Assembly (NCBI GenBank): GCA_000989305.1
Contig: LBTB01000006.1
Span: forward strand, 66,448 to 130,447
Length of the DNA: 64,000 nucleotides
DNA from: Candidatus Shapirobacteria bacterium GW2011_GWF2_37_20
Lineage (GTDB): Bacteria; Patescibacteriota; Microgenomatia; UBA12405
Direction: 5' to 3'
The notes beneath the pieces were generated by a model that saw only the letters and a list, made by a program, of their open reading frames with translations, had not been told where the DNA came from and searched no databases. The first letter of the stretch is position 1. The number at the start of each line of letters is the position of its first letter. The position numbers were made by a program, and so were the translations under genes. Positions 17,139-28,368 of this stretch are shown here, piece after piece.

Positions 17139-17582
17139 TTAAACTCGACGAGCCTTTGGAGGCCGGGGTCCATTGTGGGGAACCGGGGTAACATCGGCAA
17201 TAAGATCGACTTCGAAATCACGTTTAGTGCGAAGATAACGAAGGGCGGCATCTCGGCCAGTACCCGGACCTTTTAGATAAACAGCTAACTTTTTAATACC
17301 ATATTGACGAACACCATCAAGAGCCTTTTCAATAGCGGTGGTTGCGGCATAAGGAGTTGATTTGCGTGAACCCTTAAAACCACACTGACCGGAACTGGAC
17401 CAAGCCAAAGTGTTACCGTTGGCATCGGTAATAGTGACGATAGTATTGTTGAAGCTTGACTGAATATAGAGCCGACCTTCAGCAATGCTTTTAATAACTT
17501 TTTTGGCAACTTTTTTGACACCAGAGGTGGATCCGCTTTTGGCGGAGACGACTGGAGTAGTAGTTTTAGAAGTGGTATCCAT
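17139..17582 (-). CDS. rpsK: 30S ribosomal protein S11
   Basis: SFNNTIVTITD, GFKGSRKSTPYAA, DVTPVPHNG.RP. Confidence 0.98.
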   Translation of the reverse strand: MDTTSKTTTPVVSAKSGSTSGVKKVAKKVIKSIAEGRLYIQSSFNNTIVTITDANGNTLAWSSSGQCGFKGSRKSTPYAATTAIEKALDGVRQYGIKKLAVYLKGPGTGRDAALRYLRTKRDFEVDLIADVTPVPHNGPRPPKARRV

Positions 17583-17585
17583 ATA

Positions 17586-18014
17586 TTATTTTTTTGCAGG
17601 AGCAGTAGCGGCGGCGGCACCCTTTTGTTGAGTTTCGATTTTTGCCCAAGCTTCCTTGGTAAGTGAACCAACAGTTTTCTTTCTACCTTTTCGGGTACGG
17701 GAATTGGTTTTGGTTCTTTGTCCACGGACAGGAAGAGAAACAAGGTGACGGACGCCACGATAACATTTAATAGCTTTTAATCGATCAATATTTTCACGAA
17801 TTTCTCTCTTTAAGTCTCCTTCAGTTCGAAACTCTTCAAGGGCTTTCATTAAGGTACCAATATCATCACGGGTTAAAGTCTTTATTCTGGCATTCAGGTC
17901 GATACCGGCTTTTTTAGCCAATTCGACGACATTTTTAGGACCAATGCCGAAAAAGCGAGTTAAAGCTACTTGGGCTCTTTCATTATCGGGGATTTCAATT
18001 CCGGAAATTCTCAT
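17586..18014 (-). CDS. rpsM: 30S ribosomal protein S13
   Basis: MRISGIEIP start, EGDLKRE, YRG.RH...LPVRGQRTKTN; start corrected because the track ORF extends into rpmJ. Confidence 0.97.
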   Translation of the reverse strand: MRISGIEIPDNERAQVALTRFFGIGPKNVVELAKKAGIDLNARIKTLTRDDIGTLMKALEEFRTEGDLKREIRENIDRLKAIKCYRGVRHLVSLPVRGQRTKTNSRTRKGRKKTVGSLTKEAWAKIETQQKGAAAATAPAKK

Positions 18015-18019
18015 AAAAA

Positions 18020-18133
18020 TTAACCCTGCTTTTGGGTATGTCTTTTTGTTAAACAAATAACACGCTTAACACCCCGTCGAATAACGATTTTACAGTTCTT
18101 GCAGCGGCGTTTTATGCTTGATTTAACTTTCAT
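18020..18133 (-). CDS. rpmJ: 50S ribosomal protein L36 (Zn-binding form)
   Basis: Below ORF-track cutoff; manual translation [37 protein letters not shown], between infA and rpsM. Confidence 0.97.
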   Translation of the reverse strand: MKVKSSIKRRCKNCKIVIRRGVKRVICLTKRHTQKQG

Positions 18134-18190
18134 AAACTTTAGACTTTGGTATTGTAACCTAAACTGTGAATAATATCAAAGAGTAAATTA

Positions 18191-18388
18191 CTAAAAAGTG
18201 ATGCGACCTTTGTTGCCATCAGGTGACAAAACCAAGGAAACGGTGTCTCCGGCTAGACAACGGATGTGGTGCATCTTGAGTTTTCCCGCTAAATAGCAGA
18301 CAATAACGCGCCCATCTTCGAGCTTGACCCGAAACAATTGATCGGGTAAAACTTCAGTGACAGTACCTTTGACTTGTGCTTCTTTCAT
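18191..18388 (-). CDS. infA: Translation initiation factor IF-1
   Basis: G.V.EVLP...FRV.L.DG, AGK.K...IR.L.GD.V, KGRI. Confidence 0.95.
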   Translation of the reverse strand: MKEAQVKGTVTEVLPDQLFRVKLEDGRVIVCYLAGKLKMHHIRCLAGDTVSLVLSPDGNKGRITF

Positions 18389-18414
18389 TTATTTTAAATT
18401 TATAATTAGTGAAT

Positions 18415-18996
18415 TTATTTAATTGTTTCAATCTTTTTAACAATATCATCAAAAATAGGTTCGACGGGGCGGTTGCCATCGACCTCAAAAAGCAATTTCT
18501 TTTCGGAAAAATATTCTTTAATGGGAGTAATTGTGTCGTCGTAAGTTTTTTGACGAGAAAGAATTAGCTCAGGAGTATTGTCGGTACGTTGTGAATCTTG
18601 AAATTCATCACCCTTAACCTCGCGGCGCTTGGTAATTTCTTCAAAAGTAACATCGAGATGGACTAACAAGGAAAAGGGTTGTTGCTGTTTTTTTAAAAAA
18701 TATTCAATAATTTTTCCCTGATTCAGAACCCGGGGAAAACCGTCGATAATAAAGTTTTGGTAATCTATGGTTTTTAATTTGGCGATTAAAACGTCAAAAA
18801 CTAAGTCATCCGGAACCCAAGTCCCCTTATCAATATAAATTTTAGCTTCTAAACCAAAACCAGTACCGGCGGCAATTTCATCACGAAGAAGCTGGCCAGT
18901 GGAAAGATGAGTTAATTTGTACTTATCGGCAATTAGCTTTGCCTGGGTTGATTTGCCGCAGCCGCTGGGGCCGATTATAAAAAGATTTAATGGCAT
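18415..18996 (-). CDS. adk: Adenylate kinase (short-LID type)
   Basis: GPSGCGKSTQA, HLSTGQLLR, IIDGFPR; follows secY. Confidence 0.93.
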   Translation of the reverse strand: MPLNLFIIGPSGCGKSTQAKLIADKYKLTHLSTGQLLRDEIAAGTGFGLEAKIYIDKGTWVPDDLVFDVLIAKLKTIDYQNFIIDGFPRVLNQGKIIEYFLKKQQQPFSLLVHLDVTFEEITKRREVKGDEFQDSQRTDNTPELILSRQKTYDDTITPIKEYFSEKKLLFEVDGNRPVEPIFDDIVKKIETIK

Positions 18997-20277
18997 TTAA
19001 TAAGTTAGTTTATCGTAATTATACATTTGAACCACGTTTTCAATTTTACGATTTAATTCTAATATGACTGAAACAACGATAAGAACTGAAGTACCACCAA
19101 TAGAGAGAGAGGTAATACCGGTTATACTTTGAATAATTGAGGGGATAACAGCAATTAGAGCCAGGAAAACAGCACCAATAAAAACAACCCGATAAAGTAG
19201 GTATTGAAGTCTTTTTTCGGTGGCCTGACCGGGACGGATTCCGGGGAGAAAACCACCCGACTTACGGAGCTCTTCGGCAACATCTTTGGGTTTAAAAACA
19301 ACAGTAGAATAAAAAAGAGTGAAGGCAACTACCATTAAGAAATAGGTGACTAAGTATAGAATACTGGTTTGACTAAAGGCTGTAGAAAGATGACGGGCAA
19401 AATTGGCAATAGCCGGATTAGAAGCCTGACTTAAAGACTGACCTAAAAGTGAAGGCATAGATACCAGTGAAACCGCAAAGATAATTGGCATAACCCCGGC
19501 GACATTTACTTTTATGGGAAGATAGGTAGTTTGAGATCTTTTGGCGTAAGAAACCGGAATTCTAAAAACAGCTTCTTCAATAGTAACGACAGCAAAAACA
19601 ATGGCTATGGCTAAGGCAATAAAAAGAATTAAATTAAAAAGAGTTTGAGGATTAGAAAAATCTGAAATACTTAAAGACTGAACTGCAGAAATGGGAAGAC
19701 GAGAAATAATGCCAGCAAAAATCATAACAGAAATACCGTTGCCAACACCAAATTCATTAATTAATTCACCCAAAAAAATCATAATCATAGTTCCGGCAAC
19801 CATCGAGGTCACCATGGCAATGATAACTAATAGTGATTGTTCACCAATAATATTTTGAGATTTTAAAATACCGTACATGGCTAAAGCCTGAAAAATAGAC
19901 AAAGGAATTGTCAGGATTCGGGTATACTGATTAATCTTGGCCCGACCATACTCCCCCTCCTTTTGAAGTTCTTTAAGCTCCGGAATAACAAAACCTAAAA
20001 GTTGAAGCATGATAGAGGCATTGATGTAAGGGTTTAATCCGAGAGCGGCAATAGAAAAATTGGCCAAGGTACCTCCAGAAAAAATGTCGAGCAAAGATAG
20101 AAATTGATTTTGGGCAAAAAAAGATTTCAAGAGAGCCAGATTTACCCCCGGGACCGGAATATGAGCAATCAGACGAAAGAGAATTAATATGGCAAAAGTA
20201 AAGAGAATTTTCTTACGAAGTAAGGGAGTTTTTAGACCTTCAACATAAAGCGATAAAGATTTTTGAAGATAATTCAT
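18997..20277 (-). CDS. secY: Preprotein translocase SecY
   Basis: [46 protein letters not shown]. Confidence 0.98.
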   Translation of the reverse strand: MNYLQKSLSLYVEGLKTPLLRKKILFTFAILILFRLIAHIPVPGVNLALLKSFFAQNQFLSLLDIFSGGTLANFSIAALGLNPYINASIMLQLLGFVIPELKELQKEGEYGRAKINQYTRILTIPLSIFQALAMYGILKSQNIIGEQSLLVIIAMVTSMVAGTMIMIFLGELINEFGVGNGISVMIFAGIISRLPISAVQSLSISDFSNPQTLFNLILFIALAIAIVFAVVTIEEAVFRIPVSYAKRSQTTYLPIKVNVAGVMPIIFAVSLVSMPSLLGQSLSQASNPAIANFARHLSTAFSQTSILYLVTYFLMVVAFTLFYSTVVFKPKDVAEELRKSGGFLPGIRPGQATEKRLQYLLYRVVFIGAVFLALIAVIPSIIQSITGITSLSIGGTSVLIVVSVILELNRKIENVVQMYNYDKLTY

Positions 20278-20729
20278 GACTCTATCTTACCACCAGAGGC
20301 AAGAACTTTTGCGACGGCTTTTTTTGAAAGTTCCACACCCTTGAAGGTTAGTTTTTTATCAAGTTCTCCGGTTGAAAGAATTTTAACTTTTTTGGTTAAT
20401 TCTTTTTTGGAAGTACGGGTAACCTTTTCAAAAACACTTTTTTTATCAACAGTCTCACCTGTTTTGAACCATTTAGAGATTTGGGTTAAGGAAATAATGT
20501 GAGTATCTTCTTTGGGCAATAAGCGATGTTTTCCTCTAAGTAAAGGTAATCTTTTTAACCAGCCTTTTTTTATTTTGGTACCATCAAAGGTCAATTTTCC
20601 GTGACCGCGAACATTATCACCCTTGGCACCACGACCAGTAGTGTGACCACCAACACCAGAACCAATACCTCGACCGACACGTTTTGCTTGTTTAATAGTA
20701 GATTTTTTTAAGGAAGATAAAATATCCAT
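20274..20729 (-). CDS. rplO: 50S ribosomal protein L15
   Basis: [17 protein letters not shown]. Confidence 0.96.
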   Translation of the reverse strand: MDILSSLKKSTIKQAKRVGRGIGSGVGGHTTGRGAKGDNVRGHGKLTFDGTKIKKGWLKRLPLLRGKHRLLPKEDTHIISLTQISKWFKTGETVDKKSVFEKVTRTSKKELTKKVKILSTGELDKKLTFKGVELSKKAVAKVLASGGKIES

Positions 20730-20734
20730 AGAAT

Positions 20735-21190
20735 TTATTTATTAAGAATCTCTAATGCTTTAAGGGTAGCCCAAACATTTATCGATTTATTTCCAGAACC
20801 AATAATTTTACTGACAATATCTTTTATACCGGCTAGTTCGACCACAGAACGAACAGGTCCACCGGCAATTAAACCACTACCCTGTTTTCCGGGACGAAGA
20901 AGAACGACTGCCCCCTTAAACTTCAAGGTTATTGAGCCAGGAATGGTTCCATTAACAATGTTGACTTCGATTAGAGATTTTCGAGCGCGGTTAATGGCTT
21001 TTTGGATGGCATCGGCAACACTTTTGGCACGACCATGACCAACTCCAACCCGATTTTTTTTGTCACCGGTAACAACCAGAGCGGTAAAAGAAACCTGATT
21101 ACCACCTTTGGTTTTTTTGGAAACACGTTTAATTTCGACGACCTTGTCGGTAAATTCACTGATGATTTTATTGTCTCTGTCTTGATACAT
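20735..21190 (-). CDS. rpsE: 30S ribosomal protein S5
   Basis: RVSKKTKGG, FTALVV.GD, G.GLIAGG.VR. Confidence 0.97.
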   Translation of the reverse strand: MYQDRDNKIISEFTDKVVEIKRVSKKTKGGNQVSFTALVVTGDKKNRVGVGHGRAKSVADAIQKAINRARKSLIEVNIVNGTIPGSITLKFKGAVVLLRPGKQGSGLIAGGPVRSVVELAGIKDIVSKIIGSGNKSINVWATLKALEILNK

Positions 21191-21196
21191 AATTTA

Positions 21197-21541
21197 TTAA
21201 AATTTTAGGCCTCCGGAACGAGCACCTTCTGCCAGGGCTTTAACCCGGCCGTGGTAACGATATGAACCACGATCAAATCTAACAAAGGTAATTTTTTTGG
21301 ATTTGGCAATTTTGGCCAGAGCTACACCGACAGCTTGGGCCTGTTCCGACTTGGTACCCTTGGTAACGGTGGTTTTAGTTGAAGCGGAAGCATAAGTTTT
21401 ACCGTGTTTGTCGTCAATAATTTGAGCCCAGATATGACAGTTACTACGAAAAACCGAAAGTCGGGGAACATTTATGTTTTGTGATAATTTACCACGAACA
21501 CGACGTAATCGACGAATTTTGGTGTTATTGATAATAGTCAT
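21197..21541 (-). CDS. rplR: 50S ribosomal protein L18
   Basis: [30 protein letters not shown]. Confidence 0.97.
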   Translation of the reverse strand: MTIINNTKIRRLRRVRGKLSQNINVPRLSVFRSNCHIWAQIIDDKHGKTYASASTKTTVTKGTKSEQAQAVGVALAKIAKSKKITFVRFDRGSYRYHGRVKALAEGARSGGLKF

Positions 21542-21545
21542 GGTA

Positions 21546-22085
21546 TTAGGCTTTGGCGGTCTTACCGGCTTTTAACTTAATAAATTCATCTTTGTAACGA
21601 ATGCCTTTACCTTTGTAGGGTTCCGGGGTTCTAATTTTTCTAATATTACTGGCAACTTGACCAACCACTTCCCGGTCGCATCCGGAAACAGTAACTTTAC
21701 TTTCTTCGGCAACAGAAATGGTGATACCTTCGGGGGCAATAATGTAAACAGGGTGAATATAACCAGCCAAAACAGTTAATTTATTGTCGGCAACAGAGGC
21801 TTTATAGCCAGTACCACGAATTTCCAGTTCTTTTACCCAGAAATCAACAACACCTTTAATCATATTGTTTAAATGTGCCCGAACTGAGCCGTGGTTAGAA
21901 CGGGTTTGTTTGTCTTCGGCGAGCCGAGTAACTTTGAGCTGATTGTTTTCAACAGAAATTTCAATTTTAACAGGGAGATTGTAGGTTAAAACACCCTTGG
22001 GACCGGTAACAGTGACCAAAGAATTTTCACTTTTGACGGTGACATTTTCGGGAATGGTAATAATTTGTCTTCCAATACGTGACAT
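21546..22085 (-). CDS. rplF: 50S ribosomal protein L6
   Basis: [21 protein letters not shown]. Confidence 0.98.
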   Translation of the reverse strand: MSRIGRQIITIPENVTVKSENSLVTVTGPKGVLTYNLPVKIEISVENNQLKVTRLAEDKQTRSNHGSVRAHLNNMIKGVVDFWVKELEIRGTGYKASVADNKLTVLAGYIHPVYIIAPEGITISVAEESKVTVSGCDREVVGQVASNIRKIRTPEPYKGKGIRYKDEFIKLKAGKTAKA

Positions 22086-22091
22086 AGGTGT

Positions 22092-22460
22092 TTACCAAAT
22101 TTCAGCGATTAACTCACCGCCGAGTTTTTTGGTTACGGCTTCTTTTTGAGAAAGTAAACCGATGGAGGTAGAAATAATAATTAAAGATTTAGGAGTTTTA
22201 CCCCAAGGTAAGGTTTTTGAAGTACAATATAAACGACGACCGGGAGTAGAAAAAATTTCGATATCAAGAACCCGGGGTTCCGAGATACTGATAGATCTTT
22301 CTTTTTGGTGAACACTAAAATCGGTAATAAAGCCGTATTTTTTAAGTTGTTCTAAGATACTTAAGGAATATTTTGAAAGAGGAGCCGAGATACTTTTACG
22401 ACCAGCCCGACTACCGTTTTTGATTCTAGTTAATAAATCGCAAGATAATGAAGTGATCAT
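22092..22460 (-). CDS. rpsH: 30S ribosomal protein S8
   Basis: DLLTRIKNG, STPGRRLY, IISTS.G, GGEL; start corrected to ATG 22460. Confidence 0.95.
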   Translation of the reverse strand: MITSLSCDLLTRIKNGSRAGRKSISAPLSKYSLSILEQLKKYGFITDFSVHQKERSISISEPRVLDIEIFSTPGRRLYCTSKTLPWGKTPKSLIIISTSIGLLSQKEAVTKKLGGELIAEIW

Positions 22461-22464
22461 ATGA

Positions 22465-22650
22465 TTACCAGCTGGCCCTTTTGACGCCCGGAAGAGCTCC
22501 GGTGTTGGCCAATTTTCTAAAACATAAACGACAAAGACCAAAAAGACGAATATAACCTCGAGGTCGGCCACAAAGCTGACAACGGTTATGATGTCGATTC
22601 GAATATTTTAATTTTTTGTTTTCTCGAACTATTTTTGCAGTTGTAGCCAT
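22465..22650 (-). CDS. rpsN: 30S ribosomal protein S14, Zn-binding type Z
   Basis: RC..CGRPRGY.R.FGLCR.CFR, PGV..ASW. Confidence 0.97.
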   Translation of the reverse strand: MATTAKIVRENKKLKYSNRHHNRCQLCGRPRGYIRLFGLCRLCFRKLANTGALPGVKRASW

Positions 22651-22652
22651 GG

Positions 22653-23186
22653 TTATTTTTTCTCAAATGGAAAGCCTAGGGTGGATAATAACATTTTTGA
22701 TTCTTCGATTGAAGAGGCAGAAATCGTCATGGTTACTTGAACCGAGCGAATTTTGTTGATAACGTCTAGATCAATTTCGGAAAAGTAGGTTTGATCGTGA
22801 ATAGTTAGGGAATAATTACCTTCTTGGTCAAAAGAGCTCTCAGGTAAACCTTTAAAATCACGAAGACGGGGTAAAACGATATTAAAAAGTTTGTAAATAA
22901 AGTCATACATCCTAGTACCCCGAAGAGTAACTTTATAGGCTAAGGGTTCACCTTCACGAAGTTTGAAAGCGGCAATTGATTTTTTAGAAGTGGCTAATCG
23001 GGGTTTTTGGCCGGTTATAGCCATTAATTCTTTTTCGGCTGCAGCCAATAATTCCTTACTGTCCCGGCCCTCGGAAACACGATAGTTGATAACTACTTTT
23101 TTGAGTTTAGGTAAAGAATTTGGGTTTTTGGATCCAAGAGCTTTGGCAAGTTGTTGATTAATTTCTTTTATATAAGTTGACATCAT
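22653..23186 (-). CDS. rplE: 50S ribosomal protein L5
   Basis: [31 protein letters not shown]. Confidence 0.97.
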   Translation of the reverse strand: MMSTYIKEINQQLAKALGSKNPNSLPKLKKVVINYRVSEGRDSKELLAAAEKELMAITGQKPRLATSKKSIAAFKLREGEPLAYKVTLRGTRMYDFIYKLFNIVLPRLRDFKGLPESSFDQEGNYSLTIHDQTYFSEIDLDVINKIRSVQVTMTISASSIEESKMLLSTLGFPFEKK

Positions 23187-23191
23187 AGGTT

Positions 23192-23512
23192 TTATTTTTT
23201 AGTAGAGACAATAATGGATTTACATTTACGGCAAATGCGGGATTTGTCCCCATTTTTATCAATGGAATAAGCAACTCTAATTCTTTTTTGACAATTTGGG
23301 CAAAGAAGCATGGTTTTGGATGCTTTTATGGGACGTTCTTTTTCAATGATGCCGCCCTTTTGACCCTGAGTAGGTTTAAGGTGTTTCTTAAAAAGATTAA
23401 GGCCTTTAACTACAATTTCTTCGCTTTTGGCAAAAACACGAAGGACTTCGCCACTACGACCCTTGTCTTTTCCGATTAAAATTTCAACTTTATCACCTTT
23501 TAGAATTTTCAT
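23192..23512 (-). CDS. rplX: 50S ribosomal protein L24
   Basis: KOW motif KGDKV.ILIGKDKG, GGII.KE.PI; start corrected to ATG 23512. Confidence 0.96.
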   Translation of the reverse strand: MKILKGDKVEILIGKDKGRSGEVLRVFAKSEEIVVKGLNLFKKHLKPTQGQKGGIIEKERPIKASKTMLLCPNCQKRIRVAYSIDKNGDKSRICRKCKSIIVSTKK

Positions 23513-23513
23513 A

Positions 23514-23882
23514 TTAGTAGACCTCCTTGGCCATTGAGGCAATTTTGGTAAAACCAGCGTCTTTTATCTCGCGAGCAATGGGCCCAAAGATACGAGTACC
23601 GCGAGGATTTTTTTGAGAATCAATAATTACACCAGCATTATCGGAAAATCGGATATAGCTACCGTCGGTACGACCTAATTCTTTTTTAGTACGGACAATA
23701 ACTACTTTAACCTTTTCTTTCTTTTTAACCAAACCATTGGGCATAGCTTCTTTGACGACAGCCAAGACAATGTCGCCAATACCGGCTTGCTTATGTTTAG
23801 AACCAACGTAGATATGCATAATCTCGAGAGATTTGGCTCCACAGTTGTCAGCAGGTTTGAGTCGGGTTCTTAGTTGCAACAT
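23514..23882 (-). CDS. rplN: 50S ribosomal protein L14
   Basis: [26 protein letters not shown]. Confidence 0.98.
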   Translation of the reverse strand: MLQLRTRLKPADNCGAKSLEIMHIYVGSKHKQAGIGDIVLAVVKEAMPNGLVKKKEKVKVVIVRTKKELGRTDGSYIRFSDNAGVIIDSQKNPRGTRIFGPIAREIKDAGFTKIASMAKEVY

Positions 23883-23883
23883 A

Positions 23884-24150
23884 TTAGTCGATTATGGCTG
23901 ATTTAATAATTTCTAACGTAGTAAATCTTTTTAGTTTGCTAAGAGGTCTTGTTTCCCGGACCTTAACAGTATCCCCCATCTTGGCTTTTAAGTTATTATC
24001 GGCGTAAATCTTTTTGTTTTTCTTAATAATTTTTTTATAAAGAGAGTGGCGAGTAGTATAAGACAACGAGACCACAATAGTGTTGGTCATTTTGTCGGAG
24101 ACAACGACGCCAGTAAAAATTTTTCCAGTATTAATAATTTTATCTGTCAT
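23884..24150 (-). CDS. rpsQ: 30S ribosomal protein S17
   Basis: [25 protein letters not shown]. Confidence 0.97.
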   Translation of the reverse strand: MTDKIINTGKIFTGVVVSDKMTNTIVVSLSYTTRHSLYKKIIKKNKKIYADNNLKAKMGDTVKVRETRPLSKLKRFTTLEIIKSAIID

Positions 24151-24337
24151 TTTGGTTTAAAAGAGTCAAAATTAAAGCAATTTCAGATTGAATTTTCTTG
24201 AAAACAGAAGTATCTTTTTGGTTACCCAAATATTGCTTACTTTTAGCTTCAACAAATTTCTTTTTGGCTTCAACTAAAAGTTGATGCAACTCAGCTGTGG
24301 TTTTTTGCTTGTAGGCAATTTTATCAGTTTTTTTCAT
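24140..24337 (-). CDS. rpmC: 50S ribosomal protein L29
   Basis: Position between rplP and rpsQ, size and helical pattern; sequence divergent. Confidence 0.85.
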   Translation of the reverse strand: MKKTDKIAYKQKTTAELHQLLVEAKKKFVEAKSKQYLGNQKDTSVFKKIQSEIALILTLLNQNDR

Positions 24338-24352
24338 ATATGCTTAAGTAAA

Positions 24353-24757
24353 TTATTTTCGTTTAACAATTTTGGTAACAACAGGTAATTTAGCAGCGGC
24401 TAGACGAAGAGCTTCATGGGCTTCGGCTTCGGGAACACCAGTGACTTCGAATAAGATTCGACCAGGACGAATAACAGCAACATAACCTTTGACGTCACCT
24501 TTCCCGGCACCAAGGGGTGCGCCAGCACCTTTTTGAGTAAAAGGTTTATCCGGAAAGATGCGAATCCAAGTACGACCACTTCTTTTGGTGGCATGGGCAA
24601 TGGCCCGACGAGCAGATTCAATTTGATTGCTGGTAATCCAACCACAAGCCATAGACTTAAGGCCATATTCACCAAAAGCAACCAGATTGCCCTGAGAGTT
24701 ACCTCTCATGCGACCGCGAAATTGTTTTCGATATTTGGTTCGTGATGGTTGCAACAT
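24353..24757 (-). CDS. rplP: 50S ribosomal protein L16
   Basis: [36 protein letters not shown]. Confidence 0.98.
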   Translation of the reverse strand: MLQPSRTKYRKQFRGRMRGNSQGNLVAFGEYGLKSMACGWITSNQIESARRAIAHATKRSGRTWIRIFPDKPFTQKGAGAPLGAGKGDVKGYVAVIRPGRILFEVTGVPEAEAHEALRLAAAKLPVVTKIVKRK

Positions 24758-24761
24758 AATT

Positions 24762-25406
24762 TTAGACGGCTAAACAAAGATAAACTTTAACACCAATGTA
24801 ACCAGAGCGGGTAAGACAGGGAACTTCAGCGTAATCAATATGAGCTTTAATGGTACTTAAGGGGACTTGGCCTTGATGGAATTTTTCACGACGACTAATT
24901 TCAGCACCGTTAATACGACCAGAGAGAATAACTTTAATTCCTTTGACTCCGGCGGCCATGGATTTTTCCACGGCGGAAAGAACAACCCGACGATAAGGCA
25001 TACGCTTGGCTAATTGATAGGATATTTTTTCAGCAATTAATTTAGCCGATAAATCGGTGTTTCTAAATTCTTCGACCTGAATGTCAATATTGGTTTTGAC
25101 ACTTTGTTTGGTCATTAGTTTTTGAACTTCGTTCTTGATACTTTCTAATTCTTTACCACCGCGACCAATAACTAAACCAGGGCGGCTGACAATCAAAATT
25201 AATTTTATTTTTTTAGCAGATCTTTCAATACGAATAGCAACAACTCCGGCAGAGGCCAATCTTTTTTGAAGGGTTTGGCGAATTTTATAATCTTCGAGCA
25301 ATAATTCTTTATATCGACCCTTTGAGGCAAACCAAGAAGACATCCACTCGGGAGAATTGGGGTGGGTTTTAAGCCTAAATGAAATTGGATTAATTTTTTG
25401 ACCCAT
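24762..25406 (-). CDS. rpsC: 30S ribosomal protein S3
   Basis: [32 protein letters not shown]. Confidence 0.98.
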   Translation of the reverse strand: MGQKINPISFRLKTHPNSPEWMSSWFASKGRYKELLLEDYKIRQTLQKRLASAGVVAIRIERSAKKIKLILIVSRPGLVIGRGGKELESIKNEVQKLMTKQSVKTNIDIQVEEFRNTDLSAKLIAEKISYQLAKRMPYRRVVLSAVEKSMAAGVKGIKVILSGRINGAEISRREKFHQGQVPLSTIKAHIDYAEVPCLTRSGYIGVKVYLCLAV

Positions 25407-25409
25407 AGA

Positions 25410-25859
25410 TTATTTGACCTGACCTTTAACAATTATAATTAAACGACTGTGGCGTTTTGTAATGATTCCGCGGGAAAAGTGGGAACCATGAGATTTATCC
25501 ATGCGCTTAATTTTTGGACCTTCGTCGACTTGAATAGAATCGAAGATTAGGCTTTCAGGTAGGAGATTATAGTTGTTTTTGGCTGTAGATACAACAGTTT
25601 TAAGGGCTGAAGTTAAAATACGGGCGGCCTTGGTGTTAGTAAGAGATAATTTAATAGAAGCATCCAGAGGTTTTAGTTTTTTGATAGAAGAAGCCAAAAG
25701 ACGTAACTTACGGGGAGAAATTTTAATATTTTTATCGGTATATACCGATAACTTAAACTCAGGAGCGGCCACAACAGGAGTGGTGTTTGTTTTTTTATCA
25801 ACTTCTTTTTTGACAGTTGTCTTTTTGGTAATAGTTTTTTTAGTAATTTCTTTTGCCAT
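25410..25859 (-). CDS. rplV: 50S ribosomal protein L22 with Lys/Thr-rich N-extension
   Basis: ISPRKLRL, VDEGP.IKR, I.KR.S; start corrected to ATG 25859. Confidence 0.93.
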   Translation of the reverse strand: MAKEITKKTITKKTTVKKEVDKKTNTTPVVAAPEFKLSVYTDKNIKISPRKLRLLASSIKKLKPLDASIKLSLTNTKAARILTSALKTVVSTAKNNYNLLPESLIFDSIQVDEGPKIKRMDKSHGSHFSRGIITKRHSRLIIIVKGQVK

Positions 25860-25863
25860 ATTT

Positions 25864-26139
25864 TTAGGTCTTTTCAATAACTCTCTTAACCACACGACCG
25901 TGACCCTTAAAGGTTCTGGTAAGGGCAAACTCACCTAATCGGTGACCAACCATGTCTTCGGTGACATAAACTTCAATAAATTTGTGACCATTGTGAACTG
26001 AATAGTGATGACCGACGAAATCAGGAGAAATTTGGCTACTTCGGGCATAGGTTTTAATCGAAGATCCGTCCGTATTAGCGGCAGTTTTTTTGACCAACTT
26101 GGCGTCAATGTATGGACCTTTCTTGGAACTTCTTGCCAT
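25864..26139 (-). CDS. rpsS: 30S ribosomal protein S19
   Basis: [27 protein letters not shown]. Confidence 0.98.
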   Translation of the reverse strand: MARSSKKGPYIDAKLVKKTAANTDGSSIKTYARSSQISPDFVGHHYSVHNGHKFIEVYVTEDMVGHRLGEFALTRTFKGHGRVVKRVIEKT

Positions 26140-26140
26140 A

Positions 26141-26884
26141 TTATTTAGAGCGATGCTTAATGATTAATTTATTGGAGAATTTTTTATGTTTTCGAGTTTT
26201 CTTACCCATAGCTGGCTTACCCCAAGGAGTTTTTGGGTTCATACCAATACTGGATCGACCTTCACCGCCTCCATGGGGATGGGAGTGAGGATTTTGGGCA
26301 ACACCACGAACACTGGGTCGAATACCACGATGTCGGGAATCACCGGCTTTAACTAATTTTTGGTTAGAGTGATCAGCGTTGCCAACTTGGCCAATGGTGG
26401 CACAAGCGGTTCCAGGGAAGAGTCGAAGTTCACTTGAAGGAAGCTTGATAGTAACTTTTTCTCCATCAATTGACTGAATAAAAGCCGCAGAACCGGCAGA
26501 TTTAACAATTTGAGCGCCTTTTCCGGGCTGAAACTCTAAGCAATGAAGAGCCGTACCAACCGGAATATTTTTTAGAGGTAATTTGTTGCCTTCTTGGATG
26601 GGAGCAGATTCGGAGTAGACCAAAACATCATTAACTTTTAGATTAACGGTGGCTAAAATATAGGCCTTGGAACCATCTTCGTAAGAAAGAAGAGCGACGT
26701 TGGCGGTACGACCGGGATCATATTCAATGGCAATAACTTTAGCCTTAACATCAAGCTTGTTTCTTTTCCAGTCAATAAGACGGAGAAAGCGCTTGTGTTC
26801 ACCACCACGATGACGGACAGAGACATGGCCCTGAGAGTCACGACCGCTGTGTTTTTTCTTGATGGTTAATAATTTATTTTTCAT
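26141..26884 (-). CDS. rplB: 50S ribosomal protein L2 (N-terminally shortened)
   Basis: [32 protein letters not shown]. Confidence 0.97.
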   Translation of the reverse strand: MKNKLLTIKKKHSGRDSQGHVSVRHRGGEHKRFLRLIDWKRNKLDVKAKVIAIEYDPGRTANVALLSYEDGSKAYILATVNLKVNDVLVYSESAPIQEGNKLPLKNIPVGTALHCLEFQPGKGAQIVKSAGSAAFIQSIDGEKVTIKLPSSELRLFPGTACATIGQVGNADHSNQKLVKAGDSRHRGIRPSVRGVAQNPHSHPHGGGEGRSSIGMNPKTPWGKPAMGKKTRKHKKFSNKLIIKHRSK

Positions 26885-27161
26885 TTTTTAAGGTTAAAAT
26901 ATCAATTTTTTGATCTTTTTTGAGAGTAATATAAGCCTTTTTAAAATTTGGACGAATAATGGGAGTACGAGTTTTCCAATTAGACTTAACCTTGCCTTTA
27001 ATAATAAGAAGATTAACCTTTAGGGGTTTAATGCCAAAAAGAGTTTGGAACTCAGTGGCAACTTGACCTTTGGTGGCTTTAGCATCGACAACAAAGCCGT
27101 ATTTTCCAACAGCTTGGGCGGCAATGGCTTTTTCAGTGACTAAAGGTCTTTTAATAATCAT
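26874..27161 (-). CDS. rplW: 50S ribosomal protein L23
   Basis: IKRPLVTEK, F.VD..ATK, KKAYITL. Confidence 0.96.
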   Translation of the reverse strand: MIIKRPLVTEKAIAAQAVGKYGFVVDAKATKGQVATEFQTLFGIKPLKVNLLIIKGKVKSNWKTRTPIIRPNFKKAYITLKKDQKIDILTLKNEK

Positions 27162-27165
27162 ATGT

Positions 27166-27801
27166 TTATATTGACAATTCTTTGAGAGCGGCGGCGGTAA
27201 ACATTAAATAATTCTGTTTTGATAAATCATAAGTATTAAGTGATTTAACTGAAAGAATGTTGATTCCAGGAATGTTCCCGAAAGCACGTTTGACGCTGTC
27301 AAAGCTACGACTGGTTATGATACCAATTTTACGGCTTTTTGCCAACGATTCGTTTTGTTTTTCTAATTTGTCGACAAATACCCACGCGGCTTTGGTTTTT
27401 GGTTCAATGGTGGAAAGTTTATCGATGATTAAAATTGATTTATTTAAAGCAAATTTTGAGAGAACCGATTTGAGAGCAGATTGACGCAATTTTTGAGAAA
27501 AATGTTGTGGAGTTTTTTGATCGCCGCGGGGACCATGAGCCGAACCACCACCAACAAATTGAGGGGCCTTGGCGGTAGAATGACGGGCATTTCCGGTTCC
27601 TTTTTGGGCATACATTTTCTTGGTAGTACCGGCAACTTCGCCACGGTGCTTTGCAATAGCATGGGCGGCCCGTTGATTATGAAGGTAAATTTTAACTGCT
27701 TGAGCAATTAATTTTTCGTTAATTTTATATTCAAATATATTCTTATCTAAGGTAATATCTTTGATTTTTTCAGCTTGGATGTTATAGAGACTGGCATTCA
27801 T
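27166..27801 (-). CDS. rplD: 50S ribosomal protein L4
   Basis: RGEV.G..KK...QKGTGNARH, GGG.AHGP; start corrected to ATG 27801. Confidence 0.96.
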   Translation of the reverse strand: MNASLYNIQAEKIKDITLDKNIFEYKINEKLIAQAVKIYLHNQRAAHAIAKHRGEVAGTTKKMYAQKGTGNARHSTAKAPQFVGGGSAHGPRGDQKTPQHFSQKLRQSALKSVLSKFALNKSILIIDKLSTIEPKTKAAWVFVDKLEKQNESLAKSRKIGIITSRSFDSVKRAFGNIPGINILSVKSLNTYDLSKQNYLMFTAAALKELSI

Positions 27802-27802
27802 A

Positions 27803-28360
27803 TTATTTTTTGGTAATAACCACCCAGGAATTGACATGACCTGGAACACCGCCAGCAACGTAAAGCAAAGATTGCTCTTTGTCGAATTTGACGATTTTCA
27901 AATGAGTAACGGTAGCAGTTGCATTACCGAAATGCCCAGGCATCTTTTTACCACGAATAACCTTGCCAGGAGTTTGAGCACCAATTGAACCAGGGGCACG
28001 AACACGATCGGAGGCACCGCCGGAAACCGGTTGGCGGTGGAAACCCCAGCGTTTGATAACACCGGCAAAACCACGACCCTTACTTTTACTGGTTGCAGAC
28101 ACGGAATCGCCAGGAGCAAATATCAAATCGGCTGTGACTTCTGCCTTAAGTTCGGGCATAGATTCAGCTGTTGATTGAAATTCAATAAGTTTATTTTTAT
28201 GAGATTTTAATTGAACTGCTTCATAGCCATCTTTTTCCTTGGTACGAAGTCGATTAACGGTCAAAGGTTTCGCTTCTAGAACAGTAACTGAGACCCTTTT
28301 GCCATCATCACTAAAGATGCTGGTCATGTATTTTTTTTGAGTAAGAAATCCGGAAATCAT
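27803..28360 (-). CDS. rplC: 50S ribosomal protein L3 (short)
   Basis: KDGYEAVQL, SKGRGFAGVIKRWGF, RAPGSIG, GKKMPGH.G. Confidence 0.97.
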   Translation of the reverse strand: MISGFLTQKKYMTSIFSDDGKRVSVTVLEAKPLTVNRLRTKEKDGYEAVQLKSHKNKLIEFQSTAESMPELKAEVTADLIFAPGDSVSATSKSKGRGFAGVIKRWGFHRQPVSGGASDRVRAPGSIGAQTPGKVIRGKKMPGHFGNATATVTHLKIVKFDKEQSLLYVAGGVPGHVNSWVVITKK

Positions 28361-28368
28361 AGTGGTAA